In this document: positions 37,849 to 51,548 of the stretch, one piece after another
Layout: the number at the start of each line of letters is the position of its first letter
How positions within the stretch are numbered: position 1 is the first letter of the stretch
NCBI GenBank assembly: GCA_904063045.1
Contig: CAJFCJ010000005.1
Span: forward strand, 1,689,988 to 1,753,987
Direction: 5' to 3'
Source of the DNA: Dimorphilus gyrociliatus
Lineage: Eukaryota > Animalia > Annelida
DNA length: 64,000 nt
Notes under the pieces: generated by a model
Database searches by the model: none
Seen by the model: only the letters and a program-made list of their open reading frames with translations
What the model was told of the DNA's origin: nothing
Position numbers and translations under genes: made by a program

Positions 37849-38396
37849 GTTTTCGGGATTCCTGTTCCCGTCCCGTTATTCGAATTTGAAAATTAAATGG
37901 AGTACGAAACCTTTAGGATCTGACACCAGTTTGTACATCTAAACAAGATGTGAATATTTCCCTGTCCAATCCATTGCGAAATTTTTATATTTCTTTTTTT
38001 AAACTCTAATAAATAGTTTCGGAAAATATAATTTGCTCATCCGAAAGAATTATTATTTGAAGCGTGCTAAAAACTTTTGATACAAGAAATATTATGTTTT
38101 TTGAAAGCTAGTCAGTAAAAATACGACTTTGAAGATGAATACAGGTAATAAGTTTCTTGTATAAAAAAAAATTAAAAAATACCATAGCCTCTTATTTAAG
38201 TTAAATGATTCTAAAACATCAATTATTTCTCTGAAATTTAACAGGAAATCTCGATATATTTTCAAAAATGGAACTTCAACCATACTAAGGGAAGGTCATG
38301 TGATAAAATATGGAGGCCTACCCGACTGCCTGGTTAAAGAAAATTTAATTTTCCATGAATAATATAGAATATACTTGTATCAAATGAAGAGGCAAA

Positions 38397-40894
38397 ATGC
38401 AGAAAAATGATGCGATTAATACTACATTTAGGCACGTAAACGTCCTTAGTCAACAAGTTTGTACTGCGTAGTTTTAGCGAAATTAAGTAAAGAGTTGACT
38501 CCCAATACTATTTTCCTTAGAGACGAATCCGCCATCTAAATGGAATTATTGCCAGAAATTTGATAGTAAAAGATCAAAATGGATTTTTATATTATTCCCT
38601 GCATGATTATAAACAAGAAAAAGAATTCTATAGGTCAGAAGCCGTACGAATGTCAACAGTAAGCAATTTAAAATACTGTGTATGTTAAACTGTTAATTGC
38701 ATTGCTTGCTTATTTTTATTTAAAGAATCCTATATGGAAGACACTTAATATAAAAGATTATTGTAAAGATATAATAATTTGTTCAGCGACAGGTATTGCA
38801 TAAAAAATGACTTTTTAGTGTAAAAAAGTAGCTTTCTAATATACGATATGAAATTCAAACAGCTTTAGTGGTGAAATTATGGCAAACAAAAAATAATGAA
38901 AACGATAGTGAAAGGCAGATTTTATTAAAATGGAAGGTTAATTTGACTGGATTAACGTGTTTCGGAAATAATGTAAGATATATTATGCATTTACATTTTC
39001 GTGCAAGAAAATTTAACTAAAAAAGAACGTTTCAACAGCTGCAAAGGGATGTGACTTTCAAATCAAACGTTCTTATATTTGAAATACATAATTTGTATTT
39101 TATCTATAATAAATCAACGGAGCCTGAATTCGAAAGCTCTCATTTTCAGCCTGAATTCGTAACTGACAAATGGAAGAAATCATATGATTTAAACGCTATT
39201 CGAAGGTAGTATATTAATTCTTTATGTTTGAAATATAGCTCAACTAATTACTGAATAACTTTTTAACAGAATACAAACAGCTTTTAGAGCGGCTGTAGAA
39301 ACTCATTTACGAAGTAAAGAACTTAAACGCCATATCGATTCTAAATTGATGAGCGGAACACAAGCCAAGGAAAAAGTACGTCCAAAATGTTATTAATACC
39401 TACAAAATTTATTTCAAAAACTATTGTCATTCAGTTGGTGGAGAAAGAATTATTGATTTCCGATATAACTCGACTGCAAAATCGGCTTAAAATAGCTGAA
39501 CAAGCTCGAAATGACCTCAGGAATGACTTGGAAAGCTTTCAGTTTGCAAACCGATCAGCAAGTTAGAGTTTAATTTTCTTGTAATAAAAAACAAAATCAT
39601 TTGGCAATTTCCCAAATATAGAAATAAAACTTTCCGAAGAATACGAAAGTCTAGTCCGGAATAGATTAAAATTAGAAAAGAAAAAAGACCAATATTTCGA
39701 TCAACGGGAAGAATTAGTGAAAATTGGTACTTTATTAGGTCAAAAACGTAGAAAACTTATTACTGATCTGGCCTTTATTTATCCAATTTATGAGGTTAGT
39801 ATTTTATGTTTAATTCATTATCCCAAAAGACTGGTACAATTAATATTTATAAACTTAGTACATATTGCACTCCCTTAACATCCAATATTTTCAGTCACCA
39901 CACACAAGAGACTACTATGTTTGTAATATCAATTTGCCAAATTCTGACATCCTTTTCGGTGAGTTTCTCGGTTCAGTTAACACCTACTTTTCTTTACTTA
40001 TAAAATTATATTTTTCGCAGAAAAAGATGAAAATGCTGTTTCCGCCGCTTTGGGTTACACGGCACATTTAATTTCTATGATTTATTACTTTCTAGACGTT
40101 CCCTTGAGATATCCAATTCGATTTAAGTGCTCCAGAAGTGAAATTATAGACAACTTTCAAACAGTAATTCCAGATAAAATGTATAACGTTTATATATTCA
40201 TTTATGTAATTTATTAAATTATATTTCTTGTATTCTTTCGTTAACTATGTAGATTTCCACTTTATGCTAGAGGCAAGGAAAAAGTTGTTTTTGAATACGC
40301 TGTATGGATCTTGAATAAAAATGTAGCTCAGCTTAGGCAGTATTGCGGGTTAAGTACGAAAGACTTTCGTCCAACTTTAGCCAATATTATGGGATTATTG
40401 AACTCGCGACTGTCTATTCATGTGTAAGTTTTTTAGACCTTCTTACTTACAGTTAAAACTGCCATGTGATTAATAAGAATTTTCTTAAAATGTAATTTAT
40501 TTGCAGAGATCACTCGAATTTGCTATCAAACTTTATTATTCCTTCAATGACTCATTTGATTCCTCCGAATTTCGGCGGCCCTCAACCGTCCAAATCGAAA
40601 ATCCTTATAAATAGAATTACAGATGATACAGCAGAAGAGAAAGCATCCTCATCCTCTTGTTCTTCCGAAGATGACGAAGAAGACGAAATAATTGAAAATA
40701 ACGGAAATGTTGTACTCATAAATAATGAACTGTCTATAGACCCAATAACAGAGGAGGAAAGTCTTAATTCTGTGCAGAAAAAATTAGACGAGACTGGTGA
40801 GGACGCTTTACTCTTCGACTTAGAAGTTGAAAATCGAACTTGCAGGTCAAATAGTGAGGATGGCGACTGTATTCGAACTTCATCAAATTGCTGA
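38397..40894 (+). CDS. UVRAG: UV radiation resistance-associated gene (Vps38), multi-exon
   Basis: VLSQQ-RRIRHLNGIIARNL, LITDLAFIYPI, AVSAALGYTAHLISMI...LRYPI, FPLYARGKEKVVFEYAVWILNKNVAQLRQYCGL. Confidence 0.92.
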
Positions 40895-41565
40895 TTACAT
40901 CTAATCTGCACAATATTTTATTTTTTTTAAAAAAAATATTTAAAAAGAAAGAAACCGAGGAAAAGTTTGTTTTGTTACTTCATTATTCAGCTAATTTTTT
41001 TGCTGTTTAGTAATAGTAATACATTTACAGTATATAAATAAAAATATATTGATATAGATGTCATCTAAAAGTATTTTAATTTTTTTTTCCAATCATAAAT
41101 ACATTAACATTGTTTTGAGTTACGCAAAATAATATGTATATATATAGATATAAATAAAACAAATATTACAATAAACATGTACTGTACATGCAATAAGTTA
41201 ATTAATTATCCATATTTTTAATTACATCCTTTACAATCACGATCTTTCTTTTTAGAATACAAATCCCATTTAAAACAGCTACTATGACAGATTTATCGTA
41301 AATAAACAATTGAAGAAATAGCTGCTCTATATATATAATATATATATATATGTATGTATATATTTAAACAATTTATTTAAAGAAACCCTAATTAATTTCA
41401 CATATTAGCATGTTGGATAAAACCAGTCTAAAAAAGGAGGGAAAAAAAATCATAAAAAAAAGAAATTCAAAATTTTCACTAATATTGTACATAGTCTATT
41501 TAGATTTGGTTTCTTTATGTCGTTTCTGCAAATGAACGTAATAAATATTATTGAATAAAATATTA

Positions 41566-44500
41566 TTAAATTAATCTATCTATAAGCGTTAATTTAGAGA
41601 CGCTTTCGTCTATATTTACCTTAGTCGCTGTTTTTACTTTGTCAGTGAAAGCGGGACCGTCTCGTCTCATCTTTCTGTTATGTCAACAAGTTATTAGTTT
41701 AATGTGTTTTGTTGCTGTTATTGTACCAATTCTATAAGACAACTTACGTATTTAAACTAGGTTCTTTATATGAAATTTGTTTTGTTCGTCTTGATCTTCT
41801 CTCTTCGCCTTCCTCTGATAACGTACTTATTGAACAAAAAGAAATTGAGCTATTTCTACCTCTTTTGGACTTTTTATTCTCAGTTGGTATTTCCGTTAGA
41901 GGATCATTCTTCGATTTAACTCTTACGGACGATCTCTTTACAGCCTTTTCAACAGTCTCACGATTTTCGTCTTCTCCATTCATTACATCCTCAACTATAG
42001 AATCTTCTATTATAGTAGTCTTCCTAGTTAAAACGGAATTTCTATTCCCCTTACGATTGATTGTACTAGTTCTAGTTTTTTTCGGAGATTTAGTTTTATC
42101 TTTAGTCTTCGCTGTTTTCTTCTTTTGACCATCAATCATTTTACTTCTTCGAGATGTTTGCTTCTTCGGCTTTTCTTCCGGTATATCTATTGGAACAGTT
42201 TCTACAATACTATCTTCTATATGTATATCATCTAAATCATCTTTATCTTTTGATTTTTTGTTCGGCGACTTGTCTTCTGTAGAGTCTAGCGTTTCGTCAA
42301 GAATATAGGCTCTCTTCTTAACGCGATTTTCCCCAACACAAGGAGAGTCATCCGATACATTGGATGCAATGTTCTCTTCCTTAATATGAATAGAATTAGG
42401 ACTTTCGGAAGGTATTATATCTTTTTTTCGGGATTCAGCTTTAATTACACTCTGTCGAACCGACTTTACCCGACTAGCCCTTTTGGCTTTGGCCAATGAC
42501 TCTTTCCGACGTACAGGACTGACGTGAAATGTTTCATCATCCGGATCATCTAATATGTCATCGGTACTACTTTCCAAAATGTATTTTTTATTTCCAGCAG
42601 CGGCTCGACGCCTCTCTACTGGACTACCACTAGACGCTTTTCTGGGTGACGGATCTATATTGTGTTATATACATATTAAAATATTAACCTTTAGGGACAA
42701 AATAAATGAATATCATACCCATTGGCGGACTATTTGGAATAATAATATCTGCTATAGAATTGTCATTTTCGTTATCTGTTAAAAGGACTAGTTGATAAAA
42801 GTTTGAACAAGATTCCTTTAAAATACTTTACCTATTGAGTTATTAATCTTTTCCTGAACAATAAAACTTTTCCTTCGAGCTTTTCTTTCAATTTCCTTAT
42901 CATTTGGTTGAGATGAATCTAATTCCTCGTTATTCGATATTTCATGGAGTTCAACATTATCTGAATAACTAACAGTTGACTTTACTTTGTTCTTTACGTT
43001 GTACTTATGATTTAAAATAGATGGTGGGCCCATCTCTCGTTTCTTTTTCTTTTCATCTTCGGCTATCCTTATTCTCTTTCCTATATCGTCAATAACATCA
43101 TCTTCCAGAAAAGACTTTGTTACCGACATATCGTATACGTCTTTTGTTTTGTTTAAATCCGGTTCTGATAATCTCCTAATCTTCCTTCGTTGTACTCTAT
43201 CCCTCGATTGACTACGACATCTACTCTTTGGTTTAATAGGAAGAAGACTATTTGTTTTCCTTTGCCTCGAACGACTTTTCTCAACTTTCTTGTCAATTTT
43301 CTCAGCACAAAAGCTGATCTCACCTTTACTAATGTAAGCACAAACTTTCTTATCTTTCGATCTTGGCAATTTCGACGTTCGTTTAGATTGTTTCATATCA
43401 TCCAATTGTTTTTCACTTACAAGTACACTATCCAACTCCATATCGATTATATCGAGATTTGTATTATTCTTATCAATAGCCGCTTCCAGAGTTGCACCTT
43501 AAATAAATAAAATTTTTTATATAGAAACTAAGCCCTTAAGAGAAAACTAATTTTATTACCATTTGGTATGTTGTTTATCGGTTTTGTTACCGACTCTTTA
43601 GTCTCTTCAATCTTGGTAACTTTAACTTTGGATGTATCTTTATTTTTTGTTCCTGGCTTTTGTAATTGTCTCTTCGAATTGGGTTTTTGCTTATCCTTTT
43701 CAATGTCAGATGCAATTCTCACTTGTTTTTTCTCAATATTTGTCACTTTCTTGGAAATAGCTTCATTGTCCTTCACTTCCAATTTATTCTGACCTTGTAG
43801 ATCTTCTCCTAATTTATTATCTTGATTCTTCTCAGACCTTTCGTTAGTTGATTTGTCGATGTTTAATTTTTTTTCCTTTGAAGGATTTTCTACCTTTCGA
43901 TCGTTTTGTTCCAGTTTGTCGCCGTTTTCTATAGGTTTTTCCGTATCTTTTTTGTCCTTTTTTTGAGTACTGTTTTGCCTTGAATATCGTTTTTGATTCT
44001 TTCGGGGTTTATCGTTAAATGGTATAAACATGTGAACGAATGGACGTTCATCATGATGAACTGAATTTATAATTTGACTATCTGACGATGTTTCTTGAGA
44101 TTTTTTCTCAGTCTCATCTGCTATGTTGTCAAGTGCTTCCTTCTCAACAGATTGAGCTCTTGAATCAGGAATGATCTCAACTGCTTCTTCAATATCATTG
44201 TTATCTGGTATAGCAATATCTTCTTCAACATTTTGAGTATCCTCTATAACGTTTGGGACATTCTCTTCCATGTCCATACGATAGTTCTCTTCTATTTGGT
44301 TATCATCATTTTCCTCCTCATTTTCAGGCTCTTCAAGTAACGTTGTAACATTATACATAGAGCGATACATTGTTGCGTCTGTAAAAAAACAAAGGAAACA
44401 ATTAGAAATGTTGGTTTATCCATTTGTACCGAAGTATAAACAAACCTGGCAATACTCTATGCATAACCGATTCATTAACAGACATTTCAGGTACAACACT

Positions 44501-45548
44501 TAAATCGGGTGATTTAGCTACTGGACTAAGCTGACTCCTCTCCATTTGAGGTCTAGATATGTGTTTAGTTCCAACAGGCTGTAAGAAGAAAAATTAATTA
44601 TAAACTACAATATAAAACTTTAACAAACCTCCGGAGTTATTAATTCTTCAGATTCCAGATTTTCTAATGACGTATGATTATATTGACGACCATCTCTTAT
44701 CAAGTTTTTCCATAAACTAGATGTCTTTGTTTCACTCTGCATTATAAGATATCAAATGTAGTTGATAGTAGTTGGATATTAAACATATTGAGCTATTTAC
44801 ATGAATATGATTTTGCATTCCTATAACATTATCATAGAGTTCTTGAATGAGAGAGGTAACATTACACACTGGTTCAATTAGCGATAGCATGGCTTCAGGG
44901 TTTTGATTTCTTATCTCTAGCTTTTGTTTTTCTTGAAGTAAATTTACGTTTTCAATCTGATATAAACAATATCAAAATCAGGTAAAATTCATTACAGGTA
45001 CGAAAGAAAATCACTTTTAAATTATTAAGCTCAGTTTCTCTCTGATGAAGGAGTCTTTTCAGATCTTCCACTTGAAGGGCTAGCTCTTTGTTATTTATTT
45101 GTATTGTAGATCGTAAACAACCTGCAAGAAGAAACCCATTTTACATTAACCTAAAGAATACGTGAGGGTGATCACTAACTAGATGGCTTTTCTTTTTCCT
45201 TTGATGCTTTTTGTTTACTAATTATTCTCTGATTCGATGTGACATTTGAGGCCGCTTGTCGTTTTTTCATGCGTTCTTTCAAATTCTTCAAATCCTCTGA
45301 AACATCGAGGCATGACATCTTAGAGTCCTTTTCCTCCCCCTGAAATAAAATTATTTTTCTAACAATTGATCAACTAGAATTAAAATTGACGCGAACTAGG
45401 AGAATTCGTCGAATATAAAGACTGACACAATAGTCGATTCTATAATAGTTTTAACATCGATCGATAGGCATCAAATTCGTAATAATCATACCTTGGTTTT
45501 TCGCCTATCTAAATTGATAAATGTGAGGTCAACTTGGATATCATCCAT
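41566..45548 (-). CDS. SGO1: Shugoshin, multi-exon
   Basis: N-terminal coiled coil IQINNKELALQVEDLKRLL and C-terminal SGO motif RSRRTKQISYKEPSLNT-KMRR, spliced across the last intron. The middle is long and charged. Confidence 0.82.
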
Positions 45549-46147
45549 TTAATGGTAAAAATTATTGAATCGACGGCATTCACTTTCTGTTGACAAATTT
45601 CAAAACGAAATACAACGCGCTGATTGGTTGATTGCGTTGGTATGGTTCCTGGTCTTAGTAAGGAATTATAGATGGTTTGTATCAGCTAATCTTACTAATA
45701 TGTAACATGGAATTATTATTCAATTAAATTTTTAAAAAACTAGGTTACACTATAATAAAATAATAAATTATCATCAGAAAATTAGAAAGCTCATACGGAA
45801 TTTTAAAACTTCTTAATTTTCTATTCAATACTATCAAACAAAGAGAGAATTACTTTCTAGATTGATATTGTTCATTACCTGATAAGAATGATACTACTAA
45901 TAATAATAGATTTCTAGAAGTCATGTGTTTTTTGAAAGTAAAAAAAAAGTTAAATTCAAAAAATATTATTCTTCAATTGTGAATTTCACAATGAAAATAC
46001 AAGTTTTTTCAAATACATTATTAGAATGTATATACGTTATGTATATTATAAATTGGACATTTATTTCTATATCTACTTTTCGTGCTGAAATTCCCTAAAA
46101 TACCAATGTGTTAATTTTGTTAGTAAATTATGCTACTATTTCTTTTT

Positions 46148-47014
46148 CTATGTTAATTTTCCAGATTTATTTTCCAGTCTTTTCTCGGGATGCTTTTTCC
46201 TTACGTGTCTTCTCATATTTGTGCTAAAAGAGAATGATATAAAACAAAATGGACATTTATATAAGTTATTTAATTTCTTTTCTTGTGGTAAAATTGATGG
46301 TTTGTCGGGATGTTTTGTCCTAATGTGTCTATAGAGATTGCTCATTCTGTTACAGCTTGTAGGGCATAGTGGACAGGAGAAACTATTTGCTTCGCTGGCA
46401 TTCTCTTCGCTCGATAGATTGTTGTTGTTGATATGGTCTTCCTCAATAGAAAACACTGTAACACAACTTTCTTCAGTTGTATCCTCTCTTGAACAAGATT
46501 TTTTTGATTGTAGGGCGTCAATAATACGTTTCACGTCTATAATATCTCTAGTTGAATTTAATTTCGGAGAAGAAATATTTTGAGGGTGTTGTCTATGTAA
46601 CTCGTTGTTTAGGGCGGGTCTCTGAAATTCTACTTCTTTTTCAGTCTGAAAGTTGTTACCATTGTCTTTTAGCTTGATTTTTGAGAGTTTTGTTGATCCT
46701 CTGCGTTTTGTGGTTCTATTGTGTTGTTGATTTTCGTGCCGGCGCAAATTAGACGAATATTTAAATGTAGCTGGACATAGCAGACATGGATACTTTTTCA
46801 AAGTTGCTTTTGGTGATGAAAGAGGATTATTTGGTTTTAGTGCTGTCTCATCTGAAGTAGTTAAGAAAGATGCTTTCCATGAAGTTTTTTCGTCGACTTC
46901 TACATCCAAGTTAACTTTTATCTTGAGGTATTTTTCATGAAACAATGTACATGTTGCTGTATGAGATATCAAACCCCGAATTATGTCTATGAAGCGGGTT
47001 CTCTCATTCATCAT
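46148..47014 (-). CDS. C2H2 zinc-finger protein (3 fingers)
   Basis: YPCLLCPATFKYSSNLRRHENQQH, FSCPLCPTSCNRMSNLYRHIRTKH, YKCPFCFISFSFSTNMRRHVRKKH. Confidence 0.88.
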   Translation of the reverse strand: MMNERTRFIDIIRGLISHTATCTLFHEKYLKIKVNLDVEVDEKTSWKASFLTTSDETALKPNNPLSSPKATLKKYPCLLCPATFKYSSNLRRHENQQHNRTTKRRGSTKLSKIKLKDNGNNFQTEKEVEFQRPALNNELHRQHPQNISSPKLNSTRDIIDVKRIIDALQSKKSCSREDTTEESCVTVFSIEEDHINNNNLSSEENASEANSFSCPLCPTSCNRMSNLYRHIRTKHPDKPSILPQEKKLNNLYKCPFCFISFSFSTNMRRHVRKKHPEKRLENKSGKLT

Positions 47015-47426
47015 TAAACAAAAATGAAACTATGATGACATGATTTATGAGATTCGAATAGAATTATACCTAAAAACTAATACATGCCATCTTTTAACTA
47101 AATTTTTGAAACTCTACTATACCATAGCTTGACCGGTTTATTCGGTCACCTCTGGTACTGTGAAATTTTCACCGGTTTCGAAATAGCTTCACATCCGGCT
47201 ACATATCGACTTCCTGTCGTCATTGGAACTAAGAAAAACCCAAAAGTGGTCAAACAGTAATATATTTTATTAGACAGCTTTATGGAACTACTTTGAAAAG
47301 TTGTAATTTATAGTTCCAGAAATGAACGTAAATTTTGTACAGGAATTGTAAATTTTCACCTTTTTTATTGTATCCTAAAGAAATTTGAGAGAAGCAGAAG
47401 AGAAACTAGTTGTAAGCTGCCTAGAA

Positions 47427-48863
47427 ATGAAAACAGCGGATGATTCAAACCACTATCATCCTTATGGAGCACAAGGCAGACGGACAATTCTAGCTAACAA
47501 CGCTCGTCCTGTAAGTATTACAGTATTTTCAACTTGATCGTCATATTTCGATCCATCATAAAACTATAACCTTTTTAAATGGCTCGGTTGAAATATGAAT
47601 GCTAAATGAATAAAACCCCTTTTTTGCGTTTTTCTGAGTAATGTTACATGAAATTGCCACGTGGTCACAGGCTTCAAGTAATCGCTATGGTTGTCAACAT
47701 GATCAAATTCTTGAGTGCCCATTGCCTCCCTACAAAGGGCCTTATCCTAAAACGGACCTTCAAAACGCCAGGAATAGACTATATGCAGATGTGTGCTCCA
47801 AATTTTCTTTTAATAACATTATAACCTACTTAAAGCCAAAACTAGGATTACCTCCGCGCCGTTTAGTGCATCCTGACACCGTTACGCAATTATGCCATAA
47901 AGAAGAGCCAGATTATTGGCATTTAAATTACGAAGAAGTTTTCAATCCTCGATTGTTTGAAAAAGAACTAGCAGCTATTGAGGAATCCTGCGATGATAAT
48001 GAAAGTGATAAAGATATAACAGAGTGTGGAAACGACAATAAAGTTGAAGAAGTTTTAGAATGTGGGAGCGTCAAAGATGTTGAAGAAATTCAGATAGAAG
48101 ATGAAACTAACGATGTCAAGCAAGATTCTATCTTCGAAAATAACCCTGATTATATTGAATTGATAAAGTGCGACTTTTGCGACGAGATGTCAAAGGATGA
48201 AAAGGTACTAGATTGTATTTCAATATCCACAGTCAGATACTAATCGTACTATTGCATTTTCAGACTTTAAAAATTCACTTAAAAGAGAGTCGCCATCTAT
48301 CAGCAAGTACATATTTCGCAAAAAAAATTGTTGAAGAAAAAAAATCTATGGAATTATTTGCTGTCAAAGAGAGTCTATCTGTTACTTTAGACTCTTCTGA
48401 GGCAGATCATATTATTGTTTGCCCAAGTTGTCTTTGTGTATTTGCTGATATCTTCTCGTGCGGAAAGCACTATAAGCACAATCATGATCATGAAAAGCGA
48501 AAATATACTATTTGTAAAATCATTAAACGACAAACTGTACGCATTCCCATGGAACCATCATGTCTAAAATGCAGCAGGAAATTTGTTCTACATAGTCAAT
48601 TGCATGAACACTGGAGAAAACTACCTTCTCACTTACCTTGTGATACTGAAGTGCAAGAAGGGTGTTTTATGCGATTTGCTTGTATGGCTTGTGAGAGGGT
48701 TTCGGAAAGAAGTCTAATTCAAGCAAAGAATCACGCTCTATCTTGTAGAATGAAACGCCCGGGAAGATTAACTGTTTTACTGCTTGTTTATACTGTAGAA
48801 AACCCGGAAGAGAGAAATATAAGAACGCTTTTACCTTTTGCTAAAGATTTCATTTCTCTATGA
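47427..48863 (+). CDS. Atypical C2H2 zinc-finger protein, 3 exons
   Basis: Spliced CDFCDEMSKDEK-TLKIHLKESRH finger, plus CPSC..HYKHNH, CLKC..HEHW and CMAC..HALSC. Confidence 0.7.
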
Positions 48864-49423
48864 GATTGTTTTAATAGTTTAAAAAACGTGGAGATTAATG
48901 CAAAATATTAATGTTTTTGTAAGTTATATATGTTCCTTTTATTGTTTTCCCATTTAAGCCAAATAACTTTTGTAAATCTTCTCATGCTATCCATTTATTT
49001 TGAATGAAAACAGAATTTTGTACATCGTTGCTACTTTTGTTTTGCTTTCGTTTTTCTAAAGAAGAAATTTCTTTGCTGTTATTTGTTATCAATTGAATAG
49101 CTGAACTCAAAAATTAAATACAAATTAATGGTTTTTATTAAAATTCCTTAATAGTTCTCAGAATGTCCCATGTATTAAAAATCTACAAATATGTTAACCC
49201 TACATCACGTAACATATGCACGATCTTAATTTTTATAACGTGACCAAAGGACAAATCATGATCAATGTTTAATACTATATTTATATATATATACTAATAT
49301 TAGTATATAATCAGTAAATAAATTTTTTTCTTAACTTATAACTACTTCATGTATTAATATTTTTAATAAACAAAAACCGATAACACTAAACTTTACAGAG
49401 TCTAAAAACTAGTTTAAAGAAGT

Positions 49424-50956
49424 TTAAGCTTTAGTTGGCGCCCTGTAATAAAAAAAAATGATATTAGTCAAAATTTTAAGTAGTGTACACAAATGTACCT
49501 GTATTGTCCAACGACGACAGCGTGGTCCCTTTCGTAAGGTTCTAAGGTTAGTTGTTCCTTAGGTTTTATCTTTTCCTGCCTTAGTTTGTTTACTTCTCCG
49601 GCAAATACTGCTTCTGGCTTAGCAGTACTGTCGATACAATTTGCCTTTAAGAAAAAAAAAATTAATATTCCGAAATTATGCGTTATTTTTATGTTAACCT
49701 TGATTGAAATCACAATAAACCCTCCAGTTTTCAAAAAGTTGTGAGCGTTGATGCCTACAATTCTGGCCTGATCAGGTTGTGCAACATCAGCGAAAATGCA
49801 GTCTACCATACCTGTACAGAAAGTAAGAAAAGTTTATAAAACTGCAATTTAACTAGCACTTTAATACAGTGTGAAAAACAGTAATTAACAAACCGACAAG
49901 CATCCTGTACTTAAATGGATGTCTTGCATCTTCTATAATAGGAACAACATTTGTTCTCTTTTTTGCTACATTGATAAGATCTCTACCACTTCTATGTGAA
50001 AATTCAACGGCATACACGATCCCCTCCTATAGTAATCAAAATATTCTATATGCCAAAAATTGTGAATATATATGTAACAAAAAACTTACAGGGCCAACAA
50101 TATCTGCAACATGACTGACGGTAGTTCCTGAAGCAGCTCCCAAATATAAAACCTTTGAACCAGGCTTCATGTGTATATTTTCAACACCACCTAAAATAGC
50201 AGCGGCCAATTTTGAACGAAACGGATTCCAGACTCTGTATTCAATTTTTGTTTCGTTTTCCTGCGGAAGAATTCAGAATGAATTGTTTTAAACATTACAA
50301 TTTTATACGACTTACATCGACTGATATTCTTTTTTCGCCATAGACAGCTTCACCGACTACCAAGTTTTTCGTTACTAGAGCATCCTCTTTTCCTCTGGCG
50401 ATAAAAACACCTGTTTGATAAATATGCTATTAGTTTTGTAAAGACGCATGCTTTATACAATTTACGCATTAAAATGGAGTTGAATGAAATATAGATAGAA
50501 CACGATAAGTTAATAGCATTTCACTTAAAACAACTCGAAGAAAGTTAATTTGAATATACCTTCATGTCTGTGTGGTTCAACAACAACGCTTTTTCCTCCT
50601 CTCATTCCTCCTCGTCCACCTCCTCTACCACCACCTCCTCTTCCTCCGAAGCCACGACCACCACCTCGGCCGCCTCCTCCTCTACCGCCGCCAAAGCCAC
50701 CTCTGCCTCCACCTCGACCTCCACCGCCACGACCTCCACCTCTGCCTCCTCCTCCTCTTCCACCAAAGCCGCCTCGACCGCCTCTAAAACCTGTGAAGTC
50801 ACGTGTATTTGTTATTTATAATGAAACCCTTAGTTTTTTTTAGTTTTTTCTTCTAAGGTCTAGTGCAGTTGTAAAAGCCATTAGTTTTAGTAACGCTTTG
50901 GCATTTTAGGACCATAAAATACTTTAATTTAACTACTTACCTCCTCTTGAAGACAT
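49424..50956 (-). CDS. FBL: Fibrillarin (rRNA 2'-O-methyltransferase) with RGG/GAR domain
   Basis: RGG repeats at about 50560-50790, [54 protein letters not shown]. Confidence 0.97.
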
Positions 50957-51548
50957 TTTTTCAAACAACGTGCACTAAATTTCCGTTTCCGGTTTCAAAC
51001 CGGATACCGCACAATTTTGGAACACATTTCGATTATATAGAACTATTCTTTTTTGTATAAACTATTCTAGTGCTATGTAAAGTTAAAAATGGAACCAAAT
51101 ATCGAGCATGCTTTTTTGTTTTATAAAATCTTTAAAAAATTCAATACTTTATATAAAAAATTAATAGAATAAGTTTTTGTTAGCGCTAATATTTTTCGAA
51201 ATTCATGTAAATAAATTTATATTAAAATTTTTGAATGTCGGTTGAGAGAAATTGATTTAGAACATAAGAGAAAGATAAAGGTATAAAAAGAATTCACAAT
51301 TGATAAAGTCCGCAGTTAAATTGTTACTTGTAATAAAAAATAATAAAAAAAGTATTTTAGCTTATAGACAATGTTTATTTATTAAATAATATAATTCATT
51401 TATGTTTCGTACTAAAGAAAATAAGTCAACTATAGTTTTCGATATATTTTGCCAGTAATTGGTTTTTCATTCGGAAAGAAATTCCTTTTCAATACACAAA
51501 TACCAATGCGATATGCTAGCTTAAAGTCGATTTTTTTTTCTATTTTCT

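Noticed and set aside
50550-50843. Pro-rich, Ser/Thr-rich and His-rich plus-strand ORFs
   Set aside because: Antisense shadows of the fibrillarin RGG exon.
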